A DNA stretch of 64,000 bases from Felis catus (taxonomy: Eukaryota): positions 211,670,001 through 211,734,000 of the forward strand of contig NC_058368.1 in assembly GCF_018350175.1 (NCBI RefSeq), given 5' to 3'. The position numbers and the translations under genes are program-made. Under the pieces are notes generated by a model. It saw only the letters and a list, made by a program, of their open reading frames with translations, ran no database searches and was not told the DNA's origin. Shown here piece by piece: positions 38,941 through 51,981 of the stretch. Numbering within the stretch: position 1 is the stretch's first letter; the number at the start of each line of letters is the position of its first letter.

Positions 38941-39247
38941 GCAAGATGCACAGGTTACCTTCCGCATGTGCCTTTGGAAGATAGTTATTTGAATAGCTTA
39001 CCTTCTCTTGCCATTGAAGCAATCCCGACGGGGCTAGAGAGGCGTCATAATGGCACTTAGAGAGCAATGAAATTGTGTATGCCTAGTAATCTAGAACAGA
39101 ATTCCTATTTATCCCATTGGTCCTTTGGGCAGCAAGAGTTAAAATTCAGCATGTCAGTGACACTGTTTTCTGTTCCTGCAATGTAGTGGTTAATACGTCC
39201 TCCACTCCCTCCTGCCCTGTGGGGGAAGAGGAGTTCCCCTGGGCTCT

Positions 39248-39468
39248 TTCCCACGAGAGTGAGGGCAGGTCCAGAAACAAGGGAAAGGACGTCATCACGG
39301 AAGAGGGGGTTTCCAGGGCAGAGATTCAGCAGTGGCCGGGGGCGGGGCCGGGTGTGGAACAATTGCTTTAAAGGAAAAAAAAACAATGCTTGTTCCAACT
39401 TTGGAATTTGCTTACGCTTAATTTCTGTTTTTATTTTGCACCTCCTATGACCAATCAAGCTATTGGTT
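39248..39468. promoter_or_regulatory. Candidate promoter/enhancer motif cluster
   Basis: RBPJ CGTGGGAA (minus, 39248), CRE-like GACGTCA (39288), ETS CGGAAG (39298), NF-kB GGGGGTTTCC (39305), GC box (39338), GGGTGTGG (39350), CCAAT boxes on both strands (39451, 39462). Confidence 0.45.
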
Positions 39469-40493
39469 ATCATCTCAATGTACATAAAACATTTTTTTTT
39501 TTAGTTAACAGCACAAAATTTTTGTTCAGCTTCATATAAATAGGAATAATCTGTTATAGAACACTCTAGAAGCCATAGGGTGTGATGTTCTCCTTTCTAT
39601 TCCTTTGCTCACTGCCATAGTTCAAAACCTGCACCTCATTAGCTATAACCCATTTCTTCACTTTCAGCAACCCCCCTCTCCAATTCACTCTCTTTGCTGT
39701 TGCCTATATTATGTGTCTACAAGTAGGAATCTGATACCTTGCCTTACCTTCCCCTTGTCTAGCGAAGAGCCCTGGACCCCAACCCGTCTTTCCCACTGGA
39801 CTGATCATGCTCTTTGGGTCCTTTCCTCGCTTTCCTGCAGCTCAAAATCCTCCCCGTTCTCCAAGACCTCTATCATGCTCTATCACTGCCACAGAGCCCC
39901 TGCCAAGGCCGCAGACAGAATGCACTTCCTCCTCCAGCTCCTTCCTGGTGTACCCATCTATCCATGGCTCCACATCTGGCGAGAGCAGCATCCTCCAGAC
40001 CCGGAAGATGTGGAGACCATACTGAATTCTGTGAGTAAGAATTTCAAGTTCGTTAGGTTTACAGCCTTTGAGCCCCCTGGCCCAGCCATATGGTTTGAAA
40101 GAAAGAAAACAAATCTCCTTCCTTCTTAACTTTCATCCTGGTGCTTACCCAACATTTTCTCCCCATCATCTATAGACACCATTTTAGAAATATTACACGT
40201 AGCTGGGTATATTACAATGTGGTCAGATGGCTCTCAGTTGATTTTAAGTTCTTTTGAGGCATTTAATTATGACTACATGGATAGAGGTTCAATTTGAGGG
40301 TAGGTTAGTTTTGTTTTCTTGGAACCAAGGGCTAAAATACAGTGTTTCTTTGTTTTTAGAAAATAATGTCAAACAAAATTTATAAATTTGTAAAACAAAC
40401 AAACAAAACTGTAAAACTATAAAAGCACCATACTTACCAAACGTCATTTTCCTTTCCTTAGGGAAATCAAGACACTTCAATGTAATTGGAGGG

Positions 40494-40542
40494 TTTTGTT
40501 TTGTTTTGTTTTGTTTTGTTTTGTTTTGTTTTGTTTTGTTTG
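40494..40542. repeat. (TTTTG)n microsatellite
   Basis: About 10 pentamer units. Confidence 0.95.
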
Positions 40543-41805
40543 AGCCGGATCAGACAAAACTGGGCTGGTTTGCCAGCTGCTTCCCTGGAGTTCATTAAAA
40601 CTTGCTACCCATTTCCCACTATACCCCACCCCCTCCCCCGCCCAAATTTACTTAGGTTTTTAAAATAATTTATATTTCATCTTTCTTGTAATAGTTGCTA
40701 ACTTTGTATAATAGCTTTCTTAAGAGGTAGGAGGGTAAAACCTACTATGCACCTGTTGCTGTATCTGGTCCAGAAGATTTCTGATTATGTCATCGGGATA
40801 CAGATTAAATGGTGTCATTTGAATGTCTTTACATGGGTCATTTATAGAACTAGTTTCATAAGTTATTTTCATTGTGGAAGAATAAAAGGAGAAACAGCCC
40901 TTCTGCTTCCAAAACAAAAACAATAAAGAGATCAGCGGATGCTGTAGGATTAAAAAGCACTGTTGCTTTCCTCTTGCCAGCAGAATGTGCAGGAAGACTC
41001 ACGGCCGTAATCCTGCCAGTGGGGTCACGGTCACAGTCCCCACTGATACTGAAGCTGGGTAAATCCCATCAGGGGAGGATTCTGCACACACCTGGCAGGG
41101 TCCACTAGACTCATCAAATTACACAACGAGCTTCAATTTTGGTAGGGGCTACCAACTGGAAGCCCGTAAGGGTATAAAGATAACCACAATATTAGGACTT
41201 TTTTTTTTAAATAAATGACATATCAGTCTTATCTGAGGAATAGATAATAAGGATTTTATTTTTGTGCTCTCTTTCCCATTTGAGTTTTTGCCCTAAGAAA
41301 GTGGGAGTGGATGATATATACGGACATTAAGGTTTCATGCCTTAACAAAGCAAAATTGTAAGACTCCCCTTTTATACCCACCATGCAAGTTCAAGGCCAT
41401 AGGACAGTGCCAGAACCTCTGAGATCAAATCTGGCACCCACCCCCATTCATTCTCATTCCTCTAGGACCCTTCTCAAATAATCTCTTCATGACCACCTCC
41501 TTCTCCCTCCTTATCTGTTCTTTTCCTACAGAATCCACTCCTTTGTCCTCTGGGCTCCCAAAGCACTTTTAAAAACACCCTTTCACAGGATCTACTACGT
41601 AGCATTGTAGTTCCTTGTTGGTTTGCTCCTTTACACGCTCAGGTGAGTTTACAAGGTGCCGTTGGTTGTATTTGTATCTGTCTTCCGTTGGTATCTTGAG
41701 TAGCTGTTATTTAGCCCCAGAAGAATAGAGTGGCCTCTGCCAGGTGTCTGCAGGTTAATTTCCAAGGCCTGCTGCTGTTTTCTGATCGGGTAATAGAAAT
41801 GGCTC

Positions 41806-42420
41806 TGCTCTAGTTCACTTGGGCTACTGTAACAAAGCACCACAAGCTGAGTGGTTTCAGTAACATCTATTTATGTTCTCATGGTTTTGGAGACGGGAAG
41901 TCTGAGATCGAGAGGTCAGCAGGTTTGATGTCTCCTGGGACCTCTGTCCTTGGTTTGGAGGGGGCCACGTTCTTGCTGTGTCCACACGTGGCCTCTCCTC
42001 TGTGCCTGTGAATCTCTGGCGTCCCTGGCTTTTCTTTTTAAAGTGTATTTGTTTTGAGAGAGAGAGAGTGCACGATCAGGGGAGGGGCAGAGAGAGAGGG
42101 AGAGACAGAATCCCAAGCAGGCTCCGTGCTGTCAGTGTAGAGCCCAACAAGGGCCTCAATATCACAGACTGTGAAATCGTGACCTGAGTTGAAACCAACA
42201 GTTGGACACTCAGCTGACTGAGCCACCCAGGTGCCCTGGCATCTCTGTCTTATAAAGACACCAATGATATTGGTTTAGGATCCCACACTAAAGGCCTCAT
42301 TTTAACTTAACCACTTCTTTGTGGGCCTCATCTTCAAATACAGCTACCTTATGAGGTACAGGGAAGTTGGGACTTTGACATATGAATCTTGGGTGGGGAA
42401 GAACCACTGAGCCCATAATA
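41806..42420 (-). mobile_element. MLT1A/B-like LTR interrupted by a SINE
   Basis: GGGCTACTGTAACAAAGCACCACAAGCTG...CTTATAAAGACACCAATGATATTGG...GCCTCATTTTAACTTAA. Confidence 0.8.
42032..42236 (-). mobile_element. Can-SINE
   Basis: Reverse SINE; degenerate TSD TGGC.TC.CTG.CTT. Confidence 0.93.
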
Positions 42421-42725
42421 GGCCTTGACATAAGTTATTCAGTTTACTACAATAGGTGGGTTTACAAAGGTCCTATTGCTAAAGTAAATAGAACTATTCA
42501 CCTTTGGAATCAGTCTGAGCCTCATCTGAGGGAATTTTCTGAGTGGGTCCTGATTCACATGTTGAGATTCATTTAGTGCAGAGCCCTGAGAGCATTTCAG
42601 GGGGGGCCAGAGCATAGGATGACTAGAGTGGCAGGTGGGACATTTGGGAAAGAAGACCTGTTGGGATGAAGAATTTTAATGAAAACATTGTGCTTCATTG
42701 AAAAACTATGCATTGTTTTCCAGAG

Positions 42726-42937
42726 TAGGGATTGGCAAACTTTTGCTGTAAAGAGCCAGACAATAAATATTTTTGTCTTTGCTGGCTGTATAGTTCTGTC
42801 GACTCAAGGATGCTATTATAACTGGAAAGTAGCCATAGGCCATGCCTGAACACATGGCTAAGGCTGTGTTCCAATAAAACTTTATTCACAAAGACAAGTG
42901 GCTGGCTGGATTGAACCTGCAGGCATTAGGTTGCCCT
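42726..42937 (-). mobile_element. MER58A-like hAT-Charlie MITE
   Basis: GGCAAACTTTTGCTGTAAAGAGCCAGACAATAAATATTTT...GGCTGTGTTCCAATAAAACTTTATT matches the reverse complement of the recalled MER58 consensus. Confidence 0.85.
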
Positions 42938-43299
42938 GATCTAGAGCACACCCTTTCCCCTAAGTTTTCTGATTTTGATATTATATGGATTCTGAGCCTA
43001 TCTGTTGAGCTATTTTACAACTCAGTAACTTACTGACAAATGGTAATAATGCAAAATAATTCTTGACTCTAGAGATGTACATTTTTTACCTTGGGAAGCT
43101 CAAGTCACTTCTTCCACCATTTTGGAAGAAGCTAGTCTTGACTGAACTTGCACATTTCTTTCAATCGTCCTACTATGTAAATGTGTCATTCTTTGAATTT
43201 TCCATTTCTATTCCCTCATTAGTAATGAGTTAAATAAGATCTTTAACATGCATTCATTTTATATCTCTGTGAGAGTCATGATTTTCTCTCTTTTCTCTC

Positions 43300-43303
43300 T
43301 TTC

Positions 43304-43347
<44 letters not shown>

Positions 43348-43349
43348 TC
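43300..43349. repeat. (CTTT)n microsatellite
   Basis: Direct reading. Confidence 0.9.
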
Positions 43350-44554
43350 AATTGTCTTTTAACAAATTGGGCACTGTTTACAAAGGGCTTGGAAACTATG
43401 CTAAGAGCATTGGGCTTTTACCCTCTGGGACAATGACCTTTAAACCTTTTGGTCTCAAACATTTATCAGTAAATATTTTTTAGCTACCCTTCCATAATAA
43501 ATGAATATAAGATACTGTAGACAGATGCACATACAAGAAACAGTATTGGAAAATTAGTATAGAATTTTTAATAGTTTTTTGTGTGTGCATATTCCAGGGA
43601 ATCCTCTTCCTAACATCTTTGGTTTCCTCTCTAGTGGGCAATAGGGTACCAAAAATATTAACCAACTAGAAAAAAAATGAGATTAAACACCAATAATGTA
43701 CCAAACAAGCATGTTGTAAAAGCTAAATGTAGTTTGAGTTGATTGGCCCAAGGAGATGGCAGAATTCCTCTTAAGGAGAGAACTGCTCCTTTGTTTTGAA
43801 AAATAACTTAATGGCAATGATTGCTTATAAAAGGTAAGTCCAGGTGGCCTTGGTCTAAACATAAGCAGCTCCAACATAAAGAGTTCAATTATTTGTCTAA
43901 TAGCCATTGGAATTTTGACATTGTCTGCTAGAGCTGGGGGTGGGGGGGGGGCATGGGAACTTTGGCAGAGAAGATGGGAAGAGGGTCTGCTTTAAAGAGG
44001 GAAGTTCCTGAGCAACATGGCAGAGTGCAAGGTTATGACTTTGAGAAGATCATGGCCAGTGAGACACAGAAAATGTCCAATAAATATCATAAATAATGGT
44101 TGATGATCCGTTTACCTGTATAATTAGTATGCTCTATCACTGCCAGAGGCTCAGTAATGCATATTGTTTTTGCCTAACAGAATGGAACACGAAGAAAGCA
44201 GATAGTAAGTCCAAAAGCCCTTAAGATGACCAGAGGCAAACAGAGCCAAGAACAGAGCCTGAGCTAGGAGTGAATGAGGAGCCAGAGTGGTGACAGAAAC
44301 AAAGAAGGAGCTGGGCTGCAAGATGAACAAATTCACAGTAGAGACCAGAGGCCTGAGACCCTTAACGGTGCAATGGAGGACACTAGTCCAGCAGTAATGA
44401 GGGTCGGTTCTAAAAAATGTCACTTCATATTTAAGGAAAGATGTCCCTGGACACTCGATTGCTGGAAATTTTTCAGGAAGAGACTGTGTGGTTACCTGTT
44501 TTGAAAAATGTGGTGACAGAGTGGACAGAAAGGACCTTAGAAATAGGATACCAT

Positions 44555-44774
44555 GGGGCGCCTGGGTGGCTCAGTGGTTAAGCAGCCGACTTCGGCTCAG
44601 GTCATGATCTCACGGTCAGTGAGTTCGAGCCCCGCGTCGGGCTCTGTGCTGACAGCTCAGAACCTGGAGCCTGTTTCAGATTCTGTGTCCCCCTCTCTCT
44701 GACCCTCCCCATTCATGCTCTGTCTCTCTCTGTCTCAAAAATGAATAAACGTTAAAAAAATTAAAAAAAAAAAA
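44555..44774 (+). mobile_element. Can-SINE
   Basis: TSD AGAAATAGGA(T/A)ACCA. Confidence 0.96.
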
Positions 44775-44789
44775 AGAAATAGGAAACCA

Positions 44790-45160
44790 GTGAAGGGATT
44801 TCTGGAAACCAGGCAAGGATGGTAAGAATGGAAAAAGGGCCCAGGGAGACATTTTAGAGGTAGGATCAATAGGACTGAATGATGAGTAACAATAGGGGGT
44901 AAGACAAGACAGGGGTCAATGAGTAATAACATTTATGTAGCTTGGGCCATTGGGTGGCTGGTGACATGCCATTGACTGAATCAGGAAACATACAAGGAAC
45001 AGGTTTTCAGGAAAGACAATGGGTTCATTGTGGGATGTGTTGAATATGAGATGCCTACAAAACCTCCTGGTGAGATGGCCCATAAAGAGTTAAGAACACA
45101 GGTGGGTGTCTCAGAAGACAGATCAGAGTCAAAGACCTATATCTGTGGGAATTATCCGCT
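44790..45160 (-). mobile_element. L2 fragment
   Basis: GGGTGGCTGGTGACATGCCATTGACTGA...GGATGTGTTGAATATGAGATGCCT typical purine-rich antisense L2. Confidence 0.6.
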
Positions 45161-45364
45161 AGCAGGTGCCATGGTTTTTGTTTATTGCCCTTTGATAAAT
45201 ATTAGGAAAGCAATCCTTTTACTTTATTTATTCATTCATTCAAAAGTACTTAATGAGTAGACAAACCACATGCTAGATCCTGGAGACAAATGATGAATAA
45301 GATCCTTTAGAAACTCATACTCTTAGCAGAGGATTTGACCACGGACTGAAAGCAGAGATGTGGA

Positions 45365-45935
45365 TGTGGGGACCCACTTAGAACCCCAGAGTTGGTATAA
45401 CGATTACTTTAAGCTGAAGACATTTGAGATTCAACAGGTGCAGAAAGAAGCCTTCTCAAAGCTTCCCGTATCAGACTGAAAGCAGAAACTTCTAAGAAAT
45501 GAGGACTGCCCTAAATTCTCCCTTTGAGGTAGGTCTGCTGCCAGGAGAAAGCAAGAGTAAATCTATCATACGTCCTCCTATGGGAGGAGTTTTGGCTCTA
45601 AAGAAGCTATAAAGACTACTCATACCTGTATAGAGAAACATCACAAACTCTCTTATCTCCCATTTGTTCTCCTAAAAAAATCCATGAGTCTTTCCAAAAG
45701 AAACCTATTTTTTTCTTCCCACAGGAACCTTTTCTGCCCCCTCCCTTTCCCCTACTAAGTTAGGTAGGCCAACCCCAAATTCTAACCACCCCTTTGGGTT
45801 ATTCATCACAGTACTCCCATATGTATGTCTGTTGCACATGTAAAGAAACTTTTTCTCCTGCTATCTTTTGTTAGTTTAATTCACAGGCCCCTGTCACTGA
45901 ACATAAAAGAGATGAAGAAAAGTTCTTCTCCTACA
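45365..45935 (+). mobile_element. ERV1 solo LTR (MER34-group-like)
   Basis: TGTGGGGAC...GATTACTTTAAGCTGAAGACATTTGAG...AAAGTTCTTCTCCTACA; TG...CA ends. Confidence 0.65.
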
Positions 45936-48834
45936 CAATGCAGAGAGAAATTCCCATTCTGAATGGCTGGGATAATGAAAGTAGCATTCAATAAAATGGG
46001 CAACATAAAGAGATGATCAGGTTTGGAAGAAAATGGCCAGACGCAACCCATTCCATTTTGATGGTTTTAATGTATGTAAAGAAGTGAGGGAGCTAGTTTA
46101 TCTTATGATTTATATCATAAATCTTCTCATACACTGTTCACCTCTCACTGCTAGTTGTTTCTCCTTCCTCATTCTCGATTCCTATACTCTTCCTGAGAAT
46201 ATCTCCTCCAAGCACAAGCAGAAAGCAAAGACAAAGTGGCAAAGACATGAAACCTGGCTCTCTGCCATGGCTAATTACACACATTGGCTTCCCTTCCAAC
46301 TTTTCACCTGCGTTTAAAGTCTTGGGGCTTCCAGACCTTGGAATAGGCCAAAACTAACCAAAAGATGGATACTGAGTCTCTCATTCTTTCCCCCTTGATC
46401 ATTTCCCAAACTCCCTTCGGGACAAGTTGTATTTAGATTTCGCTCCTTTCAGAACAAAGTGGCCTCCACTACCAATTAGATCAGAAACCTCACAAGCGCT
46501 ACTCAAATATCAGGGACTTTTTCAAGGATTTCGTCTCTAATTAACACTTTTTTTTAAAACCGATTTACCTTCTCCTTTTTTTCTATTATTCGCTGCCTAC
46601 CAGGTTCAGTGGCTGCAATGTGCCTCAGATTGTGGCCCCTTGCTTTGCTCTCTAATCATCTCACATGTCTAATATTTGCCTCTCTTTGAGAAAAATTATC
46701 ATTTCATATAGTTCTATTGTATTTCCTCAGCTTAATTCAGGCCTGGGAGCATAACAGGGACTCAATCAATAATACTTGCTTGAATCAAATTAGATGGAGT
46801 TATGTGAATTTTTACATTTAATCCGATAATTTTTTTTTTTCAATTCACACTAGAAACCCAAAGTCGCCATTTTCATGACTTCCTTGCATCTCTGAAAAAA
46901 TAAGGTCTTTCATGGTCTTTGCTCAGAGAGAACCCCTGGGTACACGAGAAAGAATGGAGGCTCTGATGCCACAATGCGATTTTTGTTGTTGGCTATGACT
47001 TTGGAAACCAGGAATGTTCAGAAAATGCACATTCCAGAATTCCAGGCCCACACATTCTGGCTTGCTTCCAGCACGTTGACTCTGTTCATGGCTTCTGGAC
47101 ATGCACACCGTTTTTGATGCTTTATGCGATTGTCTCAGGGTGGAATTTTCAGTTCTCCTCCCACCAGAATCCCAGCTTTGCTTTGGCTCCCCGCGTGGAC
47201 GTGCACGATTCTTTGTAAATAAGGAGCTCGAGTACCTCCTGGGCTTTGACCGTTTGTCTCCTCCAGGACTCAGGTCCTTCCATCCTTCTTCCCTGAGAGG
47301 GCAAGTGCACATGCAGAGGGGAGAAAAAGTGAGGTTTTCGTGTTTCAAAATAGAAAAAAGATTTCAACCATATAGTAAATGTAAATACACCTCTGGGATA
47401 AACCCTGGGTTTCACATTTCCATGAAAAACCATGAAACCAGGGCTTACCTCTAGTTTATCCCAAGAATCCTGAGGTTTCAAAGCCCGTCCAGGAGGCGGG
47501 GAACCAGCTGGTGACCTCATGCCGAAATCACGCAAACCCATGAGCTCACGGGCTGGAAGATGAAACCAGATGAGAGCAGGAGGACTTCGAGTGAGGTCGC
47601 AGAAAATCTGTGTAAGATCGCAGCAACCTAAAGGGGCAAAGGTGGGTAAAGCGCGGCTGGCTGCTGGAACGTGTAGGCTTTCTTGCAGGAACTCGCAGTA
47701 AAATGACGCTGCTTGGTGTCGCTTAAGCCCCTGCAAGACTCAGAAACTGGAGGAGCTGACCCAGCAAAGCCAAGGCACGCTTTCAGTTGGCTTTTTGCTC
47801 GACCTCTGACTTCCGTGAGCGCCGTTCTCAGTACACGACGGAGTCACCACCGTCAGGCCTGCCTCTGTTGTCCGTGTCGTGGGCCCGGCCGTCTCTCCGT
47901 GTGCGGTCCCCAAGGCCGACATCATGTGGCGCTCGACCCGCTGTGCTGCACAGGGTCTGTCAGCTGCTTGGTCTGAGACGGCAGGCCCCAGGGGGGCCGC
48001 GGGACCCGGCCTGGGCTCCGGGAAGCCTGGGCTGGGGCGGAGGTGGTGCTGGGAGCGGCCCCAGGCTCCAATGGCACCAGGGAGGACCTGAGACATGATG
48101 CTCAGGAACACAACGTCCAAGTCAGACAGACAGAGGCAGCAGAGGTGTGGATCTGAAGGAAGAGTCAGACAGGTGGAATCGGGCCCAGGACCAGAGCTGA
48201 GAAAACCTTTCCAAAGGAAGCAAGTTCAAAGGAGCAATGAGGCCCCAGAATGTAGCTGCAGGGGCTTTTCCTAAGATACTGGAATCTTGGTCGTGGAGGG
48301 GAGGCTTTTAAGAGCCCTGCTGAGGTCAGTTTCTTAGAGCAGAACCCATTCTAGTTGTTTCACGCAGAAAGGATTTATTTCAGGAACTTACATGGCTTAT
48401 AGAATTATTGAGAGGGCAGACGCAAAATTAAGGTTTTAGAAACAACTCCTTAAGTGACACCGAAGAAGCAGGCCACCCAAGGAGCCATGGTTTCTGCTGC
48501 GTTTGGACGCTGCCTTCTCATGGAGCTGGCTCTGGAGTCCCTGCCACTGACAAGATCGGGTCGGGAGGCTGCTGGGGGGGGGGGGGGGGGGCGGGGGCGG
48601 CGCACTGCCATGCCAGCACTTGCTGGGCCTGCTGGATCAGCACCACTGAAGGAATGCACAGCACCTGCTCTGCCGCTCAGGAAGCCAGTGATGGAGGCTG
48701 GGGCCTCTGCTCTCACCGCCGCAGGACAACAGACACCCCCGTGAGCGGCCTGCTACAGAAGCAGCCAACGCAGCAGCAGAAGAGCTTCATTTTTCACTAG
48801 ACCTAGCTCTAACACATGCACAAAAGCACAAATG

Positions 48835-49042
48835 GGGGCGCCTGGGTGGCTCAGTCAGTTAAGCGTCTGACTTTGGCTCAGGTCATGATCTCGCGGTTGG
48901 TGAGTTCCAGCCCCGGCGTTGGGCTCTCTGCTGACAGCCTGGAGCCTGGAGCCTGCTTCGAATTTTGTGATTCCCTCTCGCTCTGCCCCTTCCCCCTCCC
49001 CCTCTCTCTCAGAACTAAATAAACATTTTAAAAAATTTCTTT
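48835..49042 (+). mobile_element. Can-SINE
   Basis: TSD AAG(C/T)ACAAATG. Confidence 0.95.
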
Positions 49043-49156
49043 AAGTACAAATGGAGGCCCACTCCCCATATACCTTAAATATCAAATCAAATACACTCTA
49101 CAAATATGTTCTACCCTTATAACAATGTGGACATTCAGAGTCAAATTTAGATTCTT

Positions 49157-49591
49157 TTTTAAAAAATTTTTTAACATTTATTTGTTGTTTTTTTTTTTTT
49201 TAACGTTTATTTATTTTTGAGACAGAGAGAGAGACAGAGCATGAACTGGGGAGGGTCAGAGAGAGAGGGAGACACAGAATCCGAAGCAGGCTCCAGGCTC
49301 TGAGCTGTCAGCACAGAGCCCGACGCGGGGCTCGAACCTACAAACTGCGAGATCATGACCTGAGCCAAAGTTGGACGCTTAACCGACTGAGCCACCCAGG
49401 CACCCCAAATGTTTATTTGTTTTTTTTGGGGGGGGAGGGAGGGGAAGAGGGAGGGAGACACAGAATCTGACGTAGGCTCAAGCTCTGAGCTGTCAGCACA
49501 GACCCCGACGTGGGACTCAAACTCACAAACCGTGAGATCATGACCTGAGCCGAAGTTGAACACTTAACTGACTGAGCCACCCAGGAGCCTC
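49157..49591 (-). mobile_element. Nested Can-SINEs: a younger copy (49187-49406) inserted in the tail of an older copy
   Basis: Outer TSD TCAAATTT(A/G)GA(T/C)TCTT; inner TSD AA(CA/TG)TTTATTTGTT. Confidence 0.93.
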
Positions 49592-50306
49592 TCAAATTTG
49601 GACTCTTGAACTCCTCTGAAGAACGTGCCAGAACGTGGCAGTGTGGGAGAGCTAGCCCCTTGCCCCAGTCTCCTTCCACCATCAACTTGGCCTACACTGA
49701 CTGCCAAGGGCTTGGTGCCCATGTGCAGAGGCTCCAGCTCACATGTCCCAGCTCCACTCAGACTGCAAAGCCCTGTCTGCCGCCTCCTAGCCACCCCTCA
49801 TGGAGCTTGGTTTGCTTAGTGATTTAATTTTTGTCCTCTAGTCCCCTCTGGTTTCTTCCCTAGCCAAGCAGCTGATTTTAAGGGTTTGGGGAAGTAAGAA
49901 ATGCCTCTGTTTCCAAAGAATGGGAAACCCATTGGTCTATAGTCCAGGAGACTGTATAATAAGGTGGGAAGTACATGGGCTTTAGCAGTATTAGAGTACA
50001 TCTGGCAAGCTATCCAAGTTCTCCAAGCTTTAGCTCCTTTATCTTTGAAATGGGAATAAAAGGATGCTTTTTAGGAAAATGCATGTACGGTGCTTAATAT
50101 AGTGCCCAGGCACATAGGAAGCACTCAAAAAAAAGCCATTGTTATTATTGTTGTGATTACAAATTAAAAGGTAAGAAATTATGAACAAAGAAAGGGAACA
50201 AATTATGAGGGTCTTCTTGGGTCTTGAGCCAGATTTTGAGTCAGATTAGTTCTGATAGTCTCCATTCAGTCTCTGTGCTTTGAGCTGGCAATAGGCACTG
50301 CTTAGA

Positions 50307-50487
50307 GCAGGCTGGAAAATGGTCTCCATCTTGCATGTCTGTTGGCTGATAATGGCTGCCTGGAGAACTGTGTTGAGAAGGAGCCTGGGGTCAAATCTGG
50401 GTACAACACTGTGATTGATTAATAATGTCTTCCCTGGGCGTGGGAGTAGATAGGGCTGTATGTGTGCCAGGTATTTGGCCTTTTTGG
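50307..50487 (-). mobile_element. MER102-like hAT element
   Basis: GGCTGCCTGGAGAACTGTGTTGAGAAGGA...TGTGATTGATTAATAATGTCT...TGGGCGTGGGAG...GTGTGCCAGGTATTTG. Confidence 0.7.
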
Positions 50488-51793
50488 ACTAGACCCCATT
50501 TCTGAGCAGTGGAAAAGAACACAGACTCTCAGGGAAACACTAGGATTGAGTCCACTTGTCCCAGCTCCCCACTCTGTGAGCAGGGGCTGGACGCTTAACT
50601 TGCCTTTGCTTAGAGGCTTCATCTGTATAATGAGGAAGGATATCCAGGTTTACTCTGCCTGTGTTATAGAGTTATTTGTGAGGATCAAATGAGATAATGC
50701 TTATAAAAATACTGTCAGTTGTGAGGTGTTGCCTAAGTGCAAGGTGTTTGTTACTAGTGGGTGGTATTTGGCCAGTTTGTACTTGACAAAGAGTAAGAGC
50801 CAAGTCAGTGATGGTTTTGGTCTGCCTCTGCCTGCGTCATCTCGGCCTGACTCTGCATCTTTCTTTAGTTTCTGAGTGCCGAGAGAGCCTGGTAGGGGAG
50901 AACGAACTTGCACCTCACTGACTGTGTGCTTCAGGTCATTGTGTGGTCTGTGTGAGCCTCAGTTTCTTCATGTGTGACATGGAGATTGGATAAAGATAAT
51001 GGCGACATCTGTTCCAACTCTCTCCCAGGGCGGCTGTATAGCTCAAAGACAATGGACACGAAAGTGCTGGGGGAATTCAAAGTGGTTATGCTCCTTTACT
51101 ATGATCTGAGCCACATGCAGCCATGTTCTTCTCGGTTCTATGGAAATGATTCACACCAAGGTGGTTGAATGAAGACGAGGCATGAGGCAGAACAAAATGG
51201 CAGAGTAGCACAACATCTGCTTTTGCTCAGTTAGCAAGCAGAGGGGTGGTCATGCTACGCACACTGTTTCCTCAGACTCTGCCGGTAGAGGGGAAAAGGG
51301 TTTCAATACTGTATGTTCAAAGCTTAGAACAGCCCTGGCATTGAGTAGGCGCTCGGCAAATATTTGTTGAACTAATGATGAATGAAAGACACTCAACCCA
51401 CACCAGCAGCCACCTGTGGTTTAGACTCTAGAACCCGAGACTGCCTGGCCTGGAGAAAGAGACGCGACATGGTTGTTGGATTTACCATCGTGTTCTCCCA
51501 TACAAGACTCATGGCCTCATCTGTAAGAGCTGGGCCTTTCCAGGAGGGCAATCAAGAGCTGCAGGTAGTGAGTGCAGAGGGCTGGGCCCTTCCGCAGCCC
51601 TGTGTCCCTTGCAATGCTTCAGTGACCTCAGCCCCCCCCCCCCACCCAATGCTGTCCCCTCAGGGCATTCTGAGGGCCCCTCAGGCCATTCTGAAGCCAG
51701 TCTTGAGACCTGAACTGACTTCATGTTTCTAAGCTGTCACAAGCTTCTGTTCCTTACCAGGACTTGCCGATCCTGTGTCTCCCTCACCAATCA

Positions 51794-51981
51794 GAAGCAC
51801 CTGTATCAGGCAATGAGCTCACCTGCCTGTAGACTGGAGCATTGGTTGGCCCCAGTGGAACTGGCTGGGGCAAGGAAGGATTGGGAAACAAGAAAGGGCA
51901 GCCCAGTGTGAGGTCAAGATTGGGCCACAGCTTGGCTTCCCACAAGGACTCTCTTGTCTCTGGATGGTGGGAGAGTGGATG
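51794..51981. repeat. Inverted repeat, left arm (188 bp)
   Basis: Reverse complement of 52770-52957 with 2 mismatches. Confidence 0.97.
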
